A stretch of 64,000 nucleotides of DNA from a virus: positions 37,826-101,825 of IMG/VR virus record IMGVR_UViG_3300008050_000025; one strand, written 5' to 3'. Shown in pieces: positions 1 through 8,583 of this stretch. A program made the position numbers and the translations under genes. Position 1 is the stretch's first letter. Each line of letters starts with the position of its first letter. The notes under the pieces are model-generated. The model worked only from the letters and a program-made list of their open reading frames with translations. It was not told where the DNA came from and did not search any database.

Positions 1-84
1 TACTAAGAAGTCTTCGGAAGACTTACAGAGGTACAGAATAGCTCTTTGGATATTCTCTTCGAATGTATATGTAATCGTCGTCAT
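1..84 (-). CDS. 5' fragment of a gene running off the window edge, possibly a DnaB-like replicative helicase
   Basis: ATG at 84 overlaps the dUTPase stop (ATGA). It reads MTTITYTFEENIQRAILYLCKSSEDFLV with no stop to the edge. The E-x-x-Q-R-A-I-L pattern resembles the DnaB N-terminal helix; only 28 codons are visible. Confidence 0.4.
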   Translation of the reverse strand, partial: MTTITYTFEENIQRAILYLCKSSEDFLV

Positions 85-551
85 TTACCTGTTGAGCCAA
101 AGCCGCCTGTACCACGCACGTTCTCTGCGTGAACCTCAGAATCGAATTCAGACACCTTGGCCTCATACTCATCATAGTCTTCGTGGGTGAAATACGTGAC
201 CTCTTTTGGTAACTTGCACAAAATCATTTGCGCCACCCGCGCTCCCTTCTTGAGCTTAAGCCCAGCAATGGAAGTGTTGAAGAGCCGCAGCTTAATCTCC
301 CCCCGGTAATCAGAATCAATGATTCCAGGAGAGTTCGGGATGAGCATGTTCTTCCCCATAGAGCTGCGGAGTGTAATCATAAAGTAGTACCCAGGAGGGC
401 AAGCTACTTTTACACCTGTACCAACTAGTACAGTTGTCTTGGGCATGATTTCTAGGTCTTTGGTAATCCTCAGGTCAATCCCTGCGGAGCCAGGAGTCTT
501 AGGGAAGAGGTCGTCTTCACCAAACTCACTGTACATTAAAATATTATCCAT
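81..551 (-). CDS. dut: Trimeric dUTPase
   Basis: All five dUTPase motifs are present: AGIDL, RSS, GIIDSDYRGE, RVAQM, RGTGGFGSTG. Confidence 0.97.
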   Translation of the reverse strand: MDNILMYSEFGEDDLFPKTPGSAGIDLRITKDLEIMPKTTVLVGTGVKVACPPGYYFMITLRSSMGKNMLIPNSPGIIDSDYRGEIKLRLFNTSIAGLKLKKGARVAQMILCKLPKEVTYFTHEDYDEYEAKVSEFDSEVHAENVRGTGGFGSTGK

Positions 552-1068
552 TAGGTCTGTGCCCTATCTTGTTTTGTTTTTCTTCATCAGTAAAGTCATC
601 TGCTACAGAAGCAGCAACTTGATTAGCTCTCTCTTTTCTATCTCTGGCTTCCTTGTCGGAAACCTTCTTAACTCTGCCTTGGTCTTCCAAGACTTTAAAA
701 TCCATCTCAAACTGAGCGTAAGGAGAGATACCTTTCTTAAACTTCAAGGCCTCCTTTGTATTCTCAATCTCTTTCTCATACCACTCACGGGCGTAACCTT
801 CATCAGTGCATCGGTTATCAGACTCCCTAGTACCACCAATAGTTTTAGTGTACCCTTCACTTACCGTACCTATGAGTTTCGACTTTGAAGCACAGTGAGG
901 ACAGACACCTTCATCTTCTGGATAATCTTTCGGAGGGCTTCCGTTCTCGTCGGAGCAATCCATAATGTAATGCCCATCCTTATTAGTCTCGCTGCACCCG
1001 TACCTCTTCAAAGGGTCTTCACCAAAGCAATAGAATCTAAACTTCTTGTACTTGTCTACGTTTCTCAT
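544..1068 (-). CDS. Hypothetical protein with a possible zinc ribbon
   Basis: 174-aa ORF overlapping both nrdJ (ATGA) and dut. It has an FYC...GC pair and a CPHC motif. Confidence 0.6.
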   Translation of the reverse strand: MRNVDKYKKFRFYCFGEDPLKRYGCSETNKDGHYIMDCSDENGSPPKDYPEDEGVCPHCASKSKLIGTVSEGYTKTIGGTRESDNRCTDEGYAREWYEKEIENTKEALKFKKGISPYAQFEMDFKVLEDQGRVKKVSDKEARDRKERANQVAASVADDFTDEEKQNKIGHRPNG

Positions 1069-3926
1069 ATCTCACAAACCCCTGACTTACATGTGTCAAC
1101 AGATTCTGTCAGTATCTCCAACTTGTTCTCAGCAATAAGTACATCCAGGTCTAGTGTGGAATGGTCAATGGCTTCCAGAGGTTCGTTGCCTCTACTACCA
1201 GCCTTATAAAACGTGAGGCCCTTCATCTCTCCGATTCCTCCAAGCACCATTTCAGATAGCTCCGCAGAATACTGTGCTGTGCTAGGAAGATTACAAGTCT
1301 TAGAGATTGCAGCATCAATCTTTGACTGAATGGCTACTTGCATCTTGATATGCTCCTCTGGTGTTACATCATATGCTCCTACGATATGGCTCACATCTCT
1401 CCCCTCCAAGAACATTTTCTTGAACAACGGGTCGATAACTAAAGCCTCATTATACACATCCTCAGTTCCTGTCTTCCACCTTCGCTTATACACAGGGGAG
1501 AAGATTGGTTCGATGCCTGTGGAAACTCCCACCACCATTGCCACTGTGCCTGTTGGAGCTACTGTCAACAATGAAGCATTGCGAAGACCGTTCTTCTTAA
1601 TGTCTGACCTGATACGTGCAGGAAGAGTTTTCATAAACTGCTCATCCTTTAGCTTTCTCCAATCATATGCTTCGAAAGAGCCTTTCTCACGGGCAAGATA
1701 CATGGAAGCCTTGTACGCTTCGTTGCGGAAGGTTTCGAATAGCCTCTCTGTAAACTCAATACATGACTCGGAACCATACCTGTACCCTGCTTTGATTAGG
1801 AACGTGGCAAAGCCTAGAACTCCTAGACCAATGCGTCGGCTCCTATGACCTACCTCTCTGCACTCTTCGATAGGGAAGGTGTTTACCTCAAGGATGTCGT
1901 CCAGATATCTCACGCCCAACCTAATTGTACGAGCGATTCTTCTCCAATCAATCACACCCTCATCAGATACCATATTTGCTAGGTTGACATGTCCCAAGCA
2001 ACAGTTACCAAATGCTGGTAGAGGTTGCTCTCCACAATTCTTAACGCAAATCCCAGAAGACTTAACGTACTTCCCGTCACCATGAGAAGTAATAACGTGA
2101 TAGTTATGGTTATCGTCTACCGTAATGTTGTACACATCCTGAGTTCCAACTTCCTCCACACTCACTACTTTATGGTTGCCAATCACCAAACTTTTGAACG
2201 CCGAGAAGGAAGTGAACCTACATTTCCGATTTACAGAAATAGGGAGACCTTTCTTTATAGCGTATCTCTGCCACAACTTCTTAGTGAACTTTCCTTCATT
2301 GGCGAACACTTTTCTACCATGACCTACCAGCTCATCGTTAGAGACATCCTTCCAGCGACCATTATCCTCTCCTGTATGGGTGGCAAAAGAAACCTTCCAT
2401 TCGTCCGTCATCTTATGGTAGGGGTTATCCTTGCCTTTCATCTTTTCTGCATGAAGTTGTCTATGCTCACCATGAGGCATCGCTTGCAAATTATCCATAC
2501 TGTCGTTCAGACTATTACAATCTATATGATGGATAGCAGTTGTCTTCGGGTCAACGTTTATCCCGTTAAACTCCGCCATAACCCTGTATTGCCTACGGTT
2601 TCTCCGAGCACCTCCGGTCATTTTTGCTCCAACATTAGAAATCTGCCGATAACCATTGCTGTTAAAACTATTCCATGGGAAGACACTTTGCCCTTCATGC
2701 AAATCAGAAAGATTTACATATTCCAATTCCTTTGTAAGAATCTTATGGTTAGGGGTCGCAATTAGTACAGAGCCATCATCTAAAGTTAACTTCCATACCT
2801 TACTACCCTGCCCTGTCATACGTGGGTTTCGGCCCATCTTAATCTCTACCTGACCAGTGGTTAGATTAGTAGAATACACGGGAACGTCCTCACCTTTATC
2901 AGCAAGCTCTTTAATACTTACACCATTCCGACCATCAGCAACAGCAATAATGCTGTCTCCTGCAACACACGGGTTAGTGCTATTGAGTGTTTCAAAGTAA
3001 CTTACATTATTGAACTGGTTTGTGTAGTCTAGGTTAAAGATTCCAGGCTCACCGCACTCCACGGCGTTCCTTAGGATTCTGTCCCACAACTCCTTGGCTT
3101 TCAGGGGAACCTTCACAGCCTCAGAGAAGGTGTCTGACGGCGTTAGAAGGTGGAAGGCACTTGCCACACCTAATGCATCCTCTTCGCTCTTAGCGATGAC
3201 CTTGACGTTATCTACGCCCTGTTCTGACTCTCTTCTCACAGAGTACTGGTCATACCTTACGTGTCTACCCCCAAAAGTGAAGTACCAATCCTCGTTGTTC
3301 TCCACAGCTTCCAAGAATCTATCAGATACTCCCACTGAGATATTAAAGTTCGTAAGCTCATGCCTATCCAGCTTAGCATCTAAGAACTCCATAAAGTCTG
3401 GGTGAGATACGTTAAGGATTGCGATGAGGGCGGTTCTTCTACTCTTCCCTGCCTTTACGTGCGACCCAATCTCATTAATCATCTTCATTGTTGAGATAGA
3501 GCCGGGAGCAGAGAACGGAATGTTCTGAATGCTATCCCCTTTGGGTCGGATGTTTGAGTAATTAAACCCAATGCCCCCACCTGAGCAAGCAATCTTGTAC
3601 ATGTCCTGAATCATCTTGCCAATACTGGCTACTGAATCGTCAGGCTCAAGGACATAGCAGTTAAGCATGTTGTAGTTCGGCCTTCCTGCACCAAACAAAA
3701 TACGCCCCCCAGGAACTAGGTCGGCACTATTGATTGCATCGTAGAATTTCTTTTCCCACTTCGGCTGCTCTTTAATGTCTTCTACAACGGATGCTTGCTT
3801 TGCTGCCCTACGGGAAACCTCACTCCAGGTGCTCTCCCCAGGGAAGAAGTACTTGAGCTTAGCTATGTCTTCGTGAATTGTTCCTTCGGGAATCACGTAT
3901 CCCGGTACAGCAGGCCTATTCCCCAT
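1065..3926 (-). CDS. nrdJ: Class II (adenosylcobalamin-dependent) ribonucleotide reductase, intein-containing
   Basis: Motifs PGGRIL, NCYV, GGGIG, RRTA, NISV, EPG, TNP/CGEQ, CCLG, GLGVLG, APTGT, IDAAISKT and a C-terminal CKSGVC. It has FY instead of the class I YY pair, no ATP cone and no adjacent small subunit. Confidence 0.92.
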   Translation of the reverse strand: MGNRPAVPGYVIPEGTIHEDIAKLKYFFPGESTWSEVSRRAAKQASVVEDIKEQPKWEKKFYDAINSADLVPGGRILFGAGRPNYNMLNCYVLEPDDSVASIGKMIQDMYKIACSGGGIGFNYSNIRPKGDSIQNIPFSAPGSISTMKMINEIGSHVKAGKSRRTALIAILNVSHPDFMEFLDAKLDRHELTNFNISVGVSDRFLEAVENNEDWYFTFGGRHVRYDQYSVRRESEQGVDNVKVIAKSEEDALGVASAFHLLTPSDTFSEAVKVPLKAKELWDRILRNAVECGEPGIFNLDYTNQFNNVSYFETLNSTNPCVAGDSIIAVADGRNGVSIKELADKGEDVPVYSTNLTTGQVEIKMGRNPRMTGQGSKVWKLTLDDGSVLIATPNHKILTKELEYVNLSDLHEGQSVFPWNSFNSNGYRQISNVGAKMTGGARRNRRQYRVMAEFNGINVDPKTTAIHHIDCNSLNDSMDNLQAMPHGEHRQLHAEKMKGKDNPYHKMTDEWKVSFATHTGEDNGRWKDVSNDELVGHGRKVFANEGKFTKKLWQRYAIKKGLPISVNRKCRFTSFSAFKSLVIGNHKVVSVEEVGTQDVYNITVDDNHNYHVITSHGDGKYVKSSGICVKNCGEQPLPAFGNCCLGHVNLANMVSDEGVIDWRRIARTIRLGVRYLDDILEVNTFPIEECREVGHRSRRIGLGVLGFATFLIKAGYRYGSESCIEFTERLFETFRNEAYKASMYLAREKGSFEAYDWRKLKDEQFMKTLPARIRSDIKKNGLRNASLLTVAPTGTVAMVVGVSTGIEPIFSPVYKRRWKTGTEDVYNEALVIDPLFKKMFLEGRDVSHIVGAYDVTPEEHIKMQVAIQSKIDAAISKTCNLPSTAQYSAELSEMVLGGIGEMKGLTFYKAGSRGNEPLEAIDHSTLDLDVLIAENKLEILTESVDTCKSGVCEI
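2037..2969 (-). mobile_element. Intein (311 aa) with HNH homing endonuclease, inserted at the RNR catalytic cysteine
   Basis: It splits TNP|CGEQ. Block A is CVAGDS, block B is ATPNHKIL, block F is DVYNITVDDNHNY and the C-terminus is ICVKN|C. An internal HNH motif reads IHHIDCNSLNDSMDNLQAMPHGEHRQLH. Confidence 0.95.
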
Positions 3927-4206
3927 CTCTAATTACAATCTGAATATCCGACTCGTACACAACAACTCTGTCATCTCCTAGCCCACTAATCTCTTGGGCG
4001 GCATGTTGCGCGTAAGCAACCATATCTCCTTCCCGAACTTCGTCAGACACCTTTTGCCCAACACTAATAATCAAACCTCTGTTCAACTTCTTTCCTGTTA
4101 ATGAATCGGGCATAACAATCCCGCTACTTGTCTCAGGGAGTTCATCCCCTACTGTGATGGGTTGGATTAAAACTCTTTCCCCTACCGCTAGTACTTCTAA
4201 TGCCAT
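3916..4206 (-). CDS. groES: Co-chaperonin GroES (Cpn10)
   Basis: 96 aa with the pattern ERVLI...TSSGIVMP...G.IISVG...VREGDMV...ESDI. Confidence 0.9.
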   Translation of the reverse strand: MALEVLAVGERVLIQPITVGDELPETSSGIVMPDSLTGKKLNRGLIISVGQKVSDEVREGDMVAYAQHAAQEISGLGDDRVVVYESDIQIVIRDGE

Positions 4207-4212
4207 GTGTAA

Positions 4213-4218
4213 TATTTA
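4213..4218 (-). promoter_or_regulatory. Putative late promoter TAAATA upstream of groES-nrdJ
   Basis: GTAAATATT, 6 nt before the ATG. Confidence 0.5.
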
Positions 4219-4334
4219 CCTTCTATGATGTGTGGGAGGTGTCCGTTTTTGAACAATTTATCAAAATCCTACAAACTCCCACACTTATAATAGGTTGCGC
4301 CCATCGAAAGTTAGAGCGTAATGTTTGTAAACCT

Positions 4335-5951
4335 TTAGTTTGTAACGTGTAGTGAGGTTACACCGCCTTTCTTTACCACTGTGATTTTCTCAGACGTATC
4401 TACCAGCAGTGAAGTTAGGTACTCGTTGTGCGTAATGATGAACAACTTTTTATCAGGAGACTGTGCGCGAACCAAATCGAACAAGCACTGAACACCTTCG
4501 TCATCTAGGGAGTCTGCAATCTCATCAAAGAAGATAATGTTAGACCTTTCCTTTCCAGACAGTGCCAGCAAATCATTCAATGCTAGCATGACAGATAAGG
4601 ATACCCTCTTCTTCTCCCCTCCTGACATCGTACCATAAGAAACCTCACCTCCTTGATTAATAACAGTCTCCTCTAACACATCATTAAACTCAAGAGTAAT
4701 ATTTCCATTAGACATTGTATTCAAGTAATAGTTGACACGATTGTTAAAGAACACAAGGATGTTCCTAATGACATACTTAATCAAGCCATGCTCCGAGAAG
4801 GCATCCTCCCAGAAGCGCATAAGGCTATAATTTCTCTGAGCATTCATCACTGCGTCATTATGAATCTCCGACTGCTTCACATGAGAATTCATATCCTTTG
4901 TGTGCAATTCAATTTCCTTATCAAAGTCCTTAATAGATTGAATGCTTTGAAAGTCATCTGATGAGATTGGTATTGCAGACAGGTCAAGAGTCTCAACCAT
5001 CTTGCTAACCTCTTTCCTAACATCAGGAATTGTAAGTTGCAAGAACTTAATCTCCTTCTCAAGTTTAACGTATCTCTGCTGAACGTATGAAGACCTTTCC
5101 CCACAGTTCTCACAAGCTAAACCTTTCAACTCTTCGAATTCCCCTTTGTATTTTTTCAAAGTGGCCACAGCATTCGAAAGGTTAACTTGCTTCGACCTAA
5201 TCTCAAGGTCAAGTTCATGATTGTCTTTCTCCATCTGCTGAATGTCAGCGAGGGAATACTTCTCAATGAACTCCTTCTTCTCCTTAGTTAGAAGCGCATT
5301 GGCTTCCGCTTTGCTATCCCTAGCTTCACCTATTTTAAGGCTAGCACTATTAGTAGCTTCATACGAAACATCTGCTAACGTCTGAGCTACTTTAGTTTCT
5401 GCTTGAAACTGGGACTTGAGTGCCTTAATTGTGTGCCTGTTCTTAAAGATAGAAGATGCATTAAGGAAGCTCTGGAGAATCTGTCTCTTATCTTCTGGTG
5501 TGGCAGTCAGGAAACTCATCTCATTCTGTTGACCAAATACCATTGAAGCTAGGAACACCTTCTTATTGATGTTTAGATGCTTCTCCAACATGGCCTGGGT
5601 CTCAGCCATGGAGCCGCCAATGTGGTCAGCGCCATTAACGGAAACGTGCAGCTTGTTAGGGCCTTTAGACCTAGAGATTACCGTGTCTCCGTTCACCCAC
5701 AGCTTAACCAAACACTTTCCTTTAGTGCGAGTGTTCTTTAAGGTTTTCTCCGAAGACTTCCGCAAGGTCTTTCCAAACAGTGCGAAGTAAATAGCCTCAA
5801 TCAAAGTGCTCTTGCCAGAGCCATTGGACCCTTTCTTTAAAGTGTCCTCATTGATTCCTTTGATGGATGTAATGTTTCCAAGGGTATCAAAGTTAAGGTA
5901 AATCTTACCAGCCGACAGGAAGTTATTAATCTCAATAGAATTTAGAATCAT
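4335..5951 (-). CDS. Recombination endonuclease ATPase subunit (T4 gp46 / SbcC / Rad50-like)
   Basis: Walker A NGSGKST, Q-loop FGQ, coiled coil with CENC zinc hook, signature MSGGE, Walker B FFDE, and ITH. Confidence 0.95.
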   Translation of the reverse strand: MILNSIEINNFLSAGKIYLNFDTLGNITSIKGINEDTLKKGSNGSGKSTLIEAIYFALFGKTLRKSSEKTLKNTRTKGKCLVKLWVNGDTVISRSKGPNKLHVSVNGADHIGGSMAETQAMLEKHLNINKKVFLASMVFGQQNEMSFLTATPEDKRQILQSFLNASSIFKNRHTIKALKSQFQAETKVAQTLADVSYEATNSASLKIGEARDSKAEANALLTKEKKEFIEKYSLADIQQMEKDNHELDLEIRSKQVNLSNAVATLKKYKGEFEELKGLACENCGERSSYVQQRYVKLEKEIKFLQLTIPDVRKEVSKMVETLDLSAIPISSDDFQSIQSIKDFDKEIELHTKDMNSHVKQSEIHNDAVMNAQRNYSLMRFWEDAFSEHGLIKYVIRNILVFFNNRVNYYLNTMSNGNITLEFNDVLEETVINQGGEVSYGTMSGGEKKRVSLSVMLALNDLLALSGKERSNIIFFDEIADSLDDEGVQCLFDLVRAQSPDKKLFIITHNEYLTSLLVDTSEKITVVKKGGVTSLHVTN

Positions 5952-6964
5952 TGACCTTGGATTAGTTTAAGAGCATCCATAAGCTCAGTCTTATTGAATA
6001 TTGTATCAGTGTCAGTAATGTACTGTTCAATCATTGCATCATCAAAAGCCAAGACAGAGCCTTGCATGTTCCTAGCAACACCTGCCTTTTGAAATACATC
6101 TTCAAACACTACGTCCATGTGGGCCAAGTCGTATCGCTTAGTAATGTCTTCCTTTATCTGCTTCTCAGCAAACGTGTCCAACGTGTCCACCTTAATCCTT
6201 AGGATAGTAAAGAAGTCTTTGAACTTGTGCTTCTTGTCAAGCGCAGCAATCTCATCAAGCTTTCCAACAATATGTTTAATGCCCGTATTGATTTGAGACT
6301 TCACAACCTCTACCTTTCCATCAGAGATAAGCAGTTCATGAATGTACTTAGTGGTATTGGCTTCACCAAAACTAGTGGCGTACTGTGTGCCTAGTACATA
6401 AACGTTCTCACCATACTTGTATGGTTTGTGAATGTGCCCCAAGAGCGTAAGCCTGTCTTCAAAATGATTCTTCCTTACAACAGAGTCATAAGTATAGCCT
6501 TTCCTAACAAGGCTTCCATTGAAACCAAAGTGTCCGAAGATTGGAAGTGGTGCTGTCTTTTTGATGTCTTGAATAATTCTATCCTCATCATCGTAATGAG
6601 GAATGATTGCAAACTCAACCCCACCAATAGCAACTACTTCTGTGTCAGATACAACCTTTACCCTATCTGCTTCAAACAGCGACAAAGATGTGTCAGACGC
6701 GCCATTACGGACGAGAGTGTCGTGATTACCACGGTTAATAATGATTTGCTTTGCTTTGATTCCATCCAACAACTTTTGGAACGCAAGAAGCTCTCTCCCT
6801 TTCGGGTTTCTACTGTGAAAGATGTCTCCATTGATTACAACAGTGTGAGCTAGTTTCCTATTAGCATAATACAAAAGGGTTTCCACTTGCTTGTCAAGGT
6901 ATCCGTAAAGATAGTTTGAACGCAGGTGGAGGTCAGTTAAAACTACTACTCTATGCTGCGACAT
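5948..6964 (-). CDS. Recombination endonuclease nuclease subunit (T4 gp47 / SbcD / Mre11-like)
   Basis: Metallophosphoesterase motifs DLH, GDIF, GNHD, GH and GHIH; adjacent to the Rad50-like gene. Confidence 0.95.
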   Translation of the reverse strand: MSQHRVVVLTDLHLRSNYLYGYLDKQVETLLYYANRKLAHTVVINGDIFHSRNPKGRELLAFQKLLDGIKAKQIIINRGNHDTLVRNGASDTSLSLFEADRVKVVSDTEVVAIGGVEFAIIPHYDDEDRIIQDIKKTAPLPIFGHFGFNGSLVRKGYTYDSVVRKNHFEDRLTLLGHIHKPYKYGENVYVLGTQYATSFGEANTTKYIHELLISDGKVEVVKSQINTGIKHIVGKLDEIAALDKKHKFKDFFTILRIKVDTLDTFAEKQIKEDITKRYDLAHMDVVFEDVFQKAGVARNMQGSVLAFDDAMIEQYITDTDTIFNKTELMDALKLIQGQ

Positions 6965-8582
6965 TTTTGTTATAGTATTCCATAATCTGTTCTTTATTTA
7001 GTACCTTGTAACTGGCATCTTGCTCAACTTCTACGCCACTTCCAAAGGAAACCCCAGCCTCCATGTCTACTTTGAAGGGTACATCAAATGTCCACCCGTA
7101 AAGACCTTTTAGATAACTAAGGTCTGCCATGCAGTAATGCATCAGACTGATTGCCTTATGGTAACTTTCCACAGGAGCTTGAATCTCTAAGGAGTCATGT
7201 ACTGTTGCTACTAGGTCCAATTCGATACCGTGCGTTTGCGACAAAGTGTGAACTCTCCAAATTGAATGAAGCATAAGGTCAGACGCAGAACTCTGAATAA
7301 CAAAGTTTACACCTTGACGTAAAGCTCTCTCTTGGAAAGCTCTCTTAGGGCTATTAACGTTAGGAAGCCTACGACGACGACCGAAGAGACTGGTGGCGTA
7401 ACCTGTTCTCTTAATCTCTGCTCTTGTAGCTTCAATCCACTTTGGAACTCCTGGGAATGCCTTGAAGTACTTACTAAAGATTTCTTTGCAGAACGTCACC
7501 GACTTCTTAATACTAGCAGCAAGCTTGGTAGGTCCACCGCCGTAAACGATAAGGAACGTCACGCTCTTAGAGATTTGTCTCTCCTGAGCAGTAATCTTAT
7601 TGATTGGCTTCTTGAAAATCAGAGAAGCTGTAAACTTGTGCAAGTCTTCCCCAGACTCAAACGCAGCGATTAGGTTCTTGTCTTGAGAGCAGTGAGCTAG
7701 TACCCTAACTTCTGCTGCACTGTAGTCTCCTGAGATGAATACCTTTCCCTTATCAGCACCCATAATACTACGCAAGTTAACGTGCATAGCTTGTGGGTCT
7801 TCATCTTCATCAGGTCTTGGAAGTGTGTGAAAAGATACACCCTTGTTGTACTTCCTGTTAACCATAGAGCCAGCCTTCTTTCCAGGCTCAAGCTTCTTAA
7901 CGTTATAAGACGAGTTAGAAAGTCTTCCTGTCTTGGTTACTGAAAAGTTGTATTGGGAATAAATCCTGCCGTCCTGGTTATACTTAAGAGCCTTAGCCAC
8001 GCCGTAAACATAATCATTCCTCTGCTTAACCCTCTTCTTCCACTCTAAGTAAGTGTCAATGAACTCAGCACCAAGAATTTCCTTAGGCGTAGACTTCGCT
8101 TTTGAATACACATCGTCCCTAATCCTTTTCAAATTCTCTTGGTTAATCTTAGGAAGCTGTGATGCAGCGTTCCACTCTTGAGGGGTTAGCCCAAAACCAG
8201 AATTACCTTTGTCGTCCTCTTCATCTGTAAACAGAATCTCAATAACCCCGTGAGGCTTGTACTCAACATTAGGTAAAGGGTTCTGCCTGTCTAAGATGCC
8301 GCGCAACCTATCAATCTCTTTTGTAAGCTGCTCCTCCAGAACCTTAACGTGGTCAGTGTTAGCCTTGATGCCACGTCGCTCCATATCTCCTACAATAAGG
8401 ATGACTTCGCTGAGAACTTTATCATATGCCTCAGTAACGCCATCGGCTGTCATACCTAATCTAATCTTCTCCTCTAGGTGCAACGTGTAGTTGCAATCCA
8501 TAGCGCAGCCCAAGGCCAGCTTCTCCATCGGGACATTGGCCCAATCAGTTTTGGAGGCATCTTCTCCTTTAATGTTTAACAT
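6951..8582 (-). CDS. polA: Family A DNA polymerase, C-terminal part (ExoIII motif plus polymerase domain)
   Basis: TKTGRLS, motif A DYSAAEVR, DLH, motif B RQISKSVTFLIVYG, FGRRRR, NFVIQSSASD and motif C VHDS. The N-terminal LGCAMDC sits where ExoIII is expected. Confidence 0.95.
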   Translation of the reverse strand: MLNIKGEDASKTDWANVPMEKLALGCAMDCNYTLHLEEKIRLGMTADGVTEAYDKVLSEVILIVGDMERRGIKANTDHVKVLEEQLTKEIDRLRGILDRQNPLPNVEYKPHGVIEILFTDEEDDKGNSGFGLTPQEWNAASQLPKINQENLKRIRDDVYSKAKSTPKEILGAEFIDTYLEWKKRVKQRNDYVYGVAKALKYNQDGRIYSQYNFSVTKTGRLSNSSYNVKKLEPGKKAGSMVNRKYNKGVSFHTLPRPDEDEDPQAMHVNLRSIMGADKGKVFISGDYSAAEVRVLAHCSQDKNLIAAFESGEDLHKFTASLIFKKPINKITAQERQISKSVTFLIVYGGGPTKLAASIKKSVTFCKEIFSKYFKAFPGVPKWIEATRAEIKRTGYATSLFGRRRRLPNVNSPKRAFQERALRQGVNFVIQSSASDLMLHSIWRVHTLSQTHGIELDLVATVHDSLEIQAPVESYHKAISLMHYCMADLSYLKGLYGWTFDVPFKVDMEAGVSFGSGVEVEQDASYKVLNKEQIMEYYNKNVAA

Positions 8583-8583
8583 A

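Noticed and set aside
2025-2765. Long antisense or alternate-frame ORFs (e.g. 2025-2765, 38757-39377, 56392-56829)
   Set aside because: They are shadows of well-supported genes or of low-complexity sequence and carry no recognisable motifs.
4207-4334. Cobalamin riboswitch, CIRCE element or NrdR box upstream of groES-nrdJ
   Set aside because: No match to the B12 box, TTAGCACTC-N9-GAGTGCTAA or NrdR consensus was recognised, and the gap is short.
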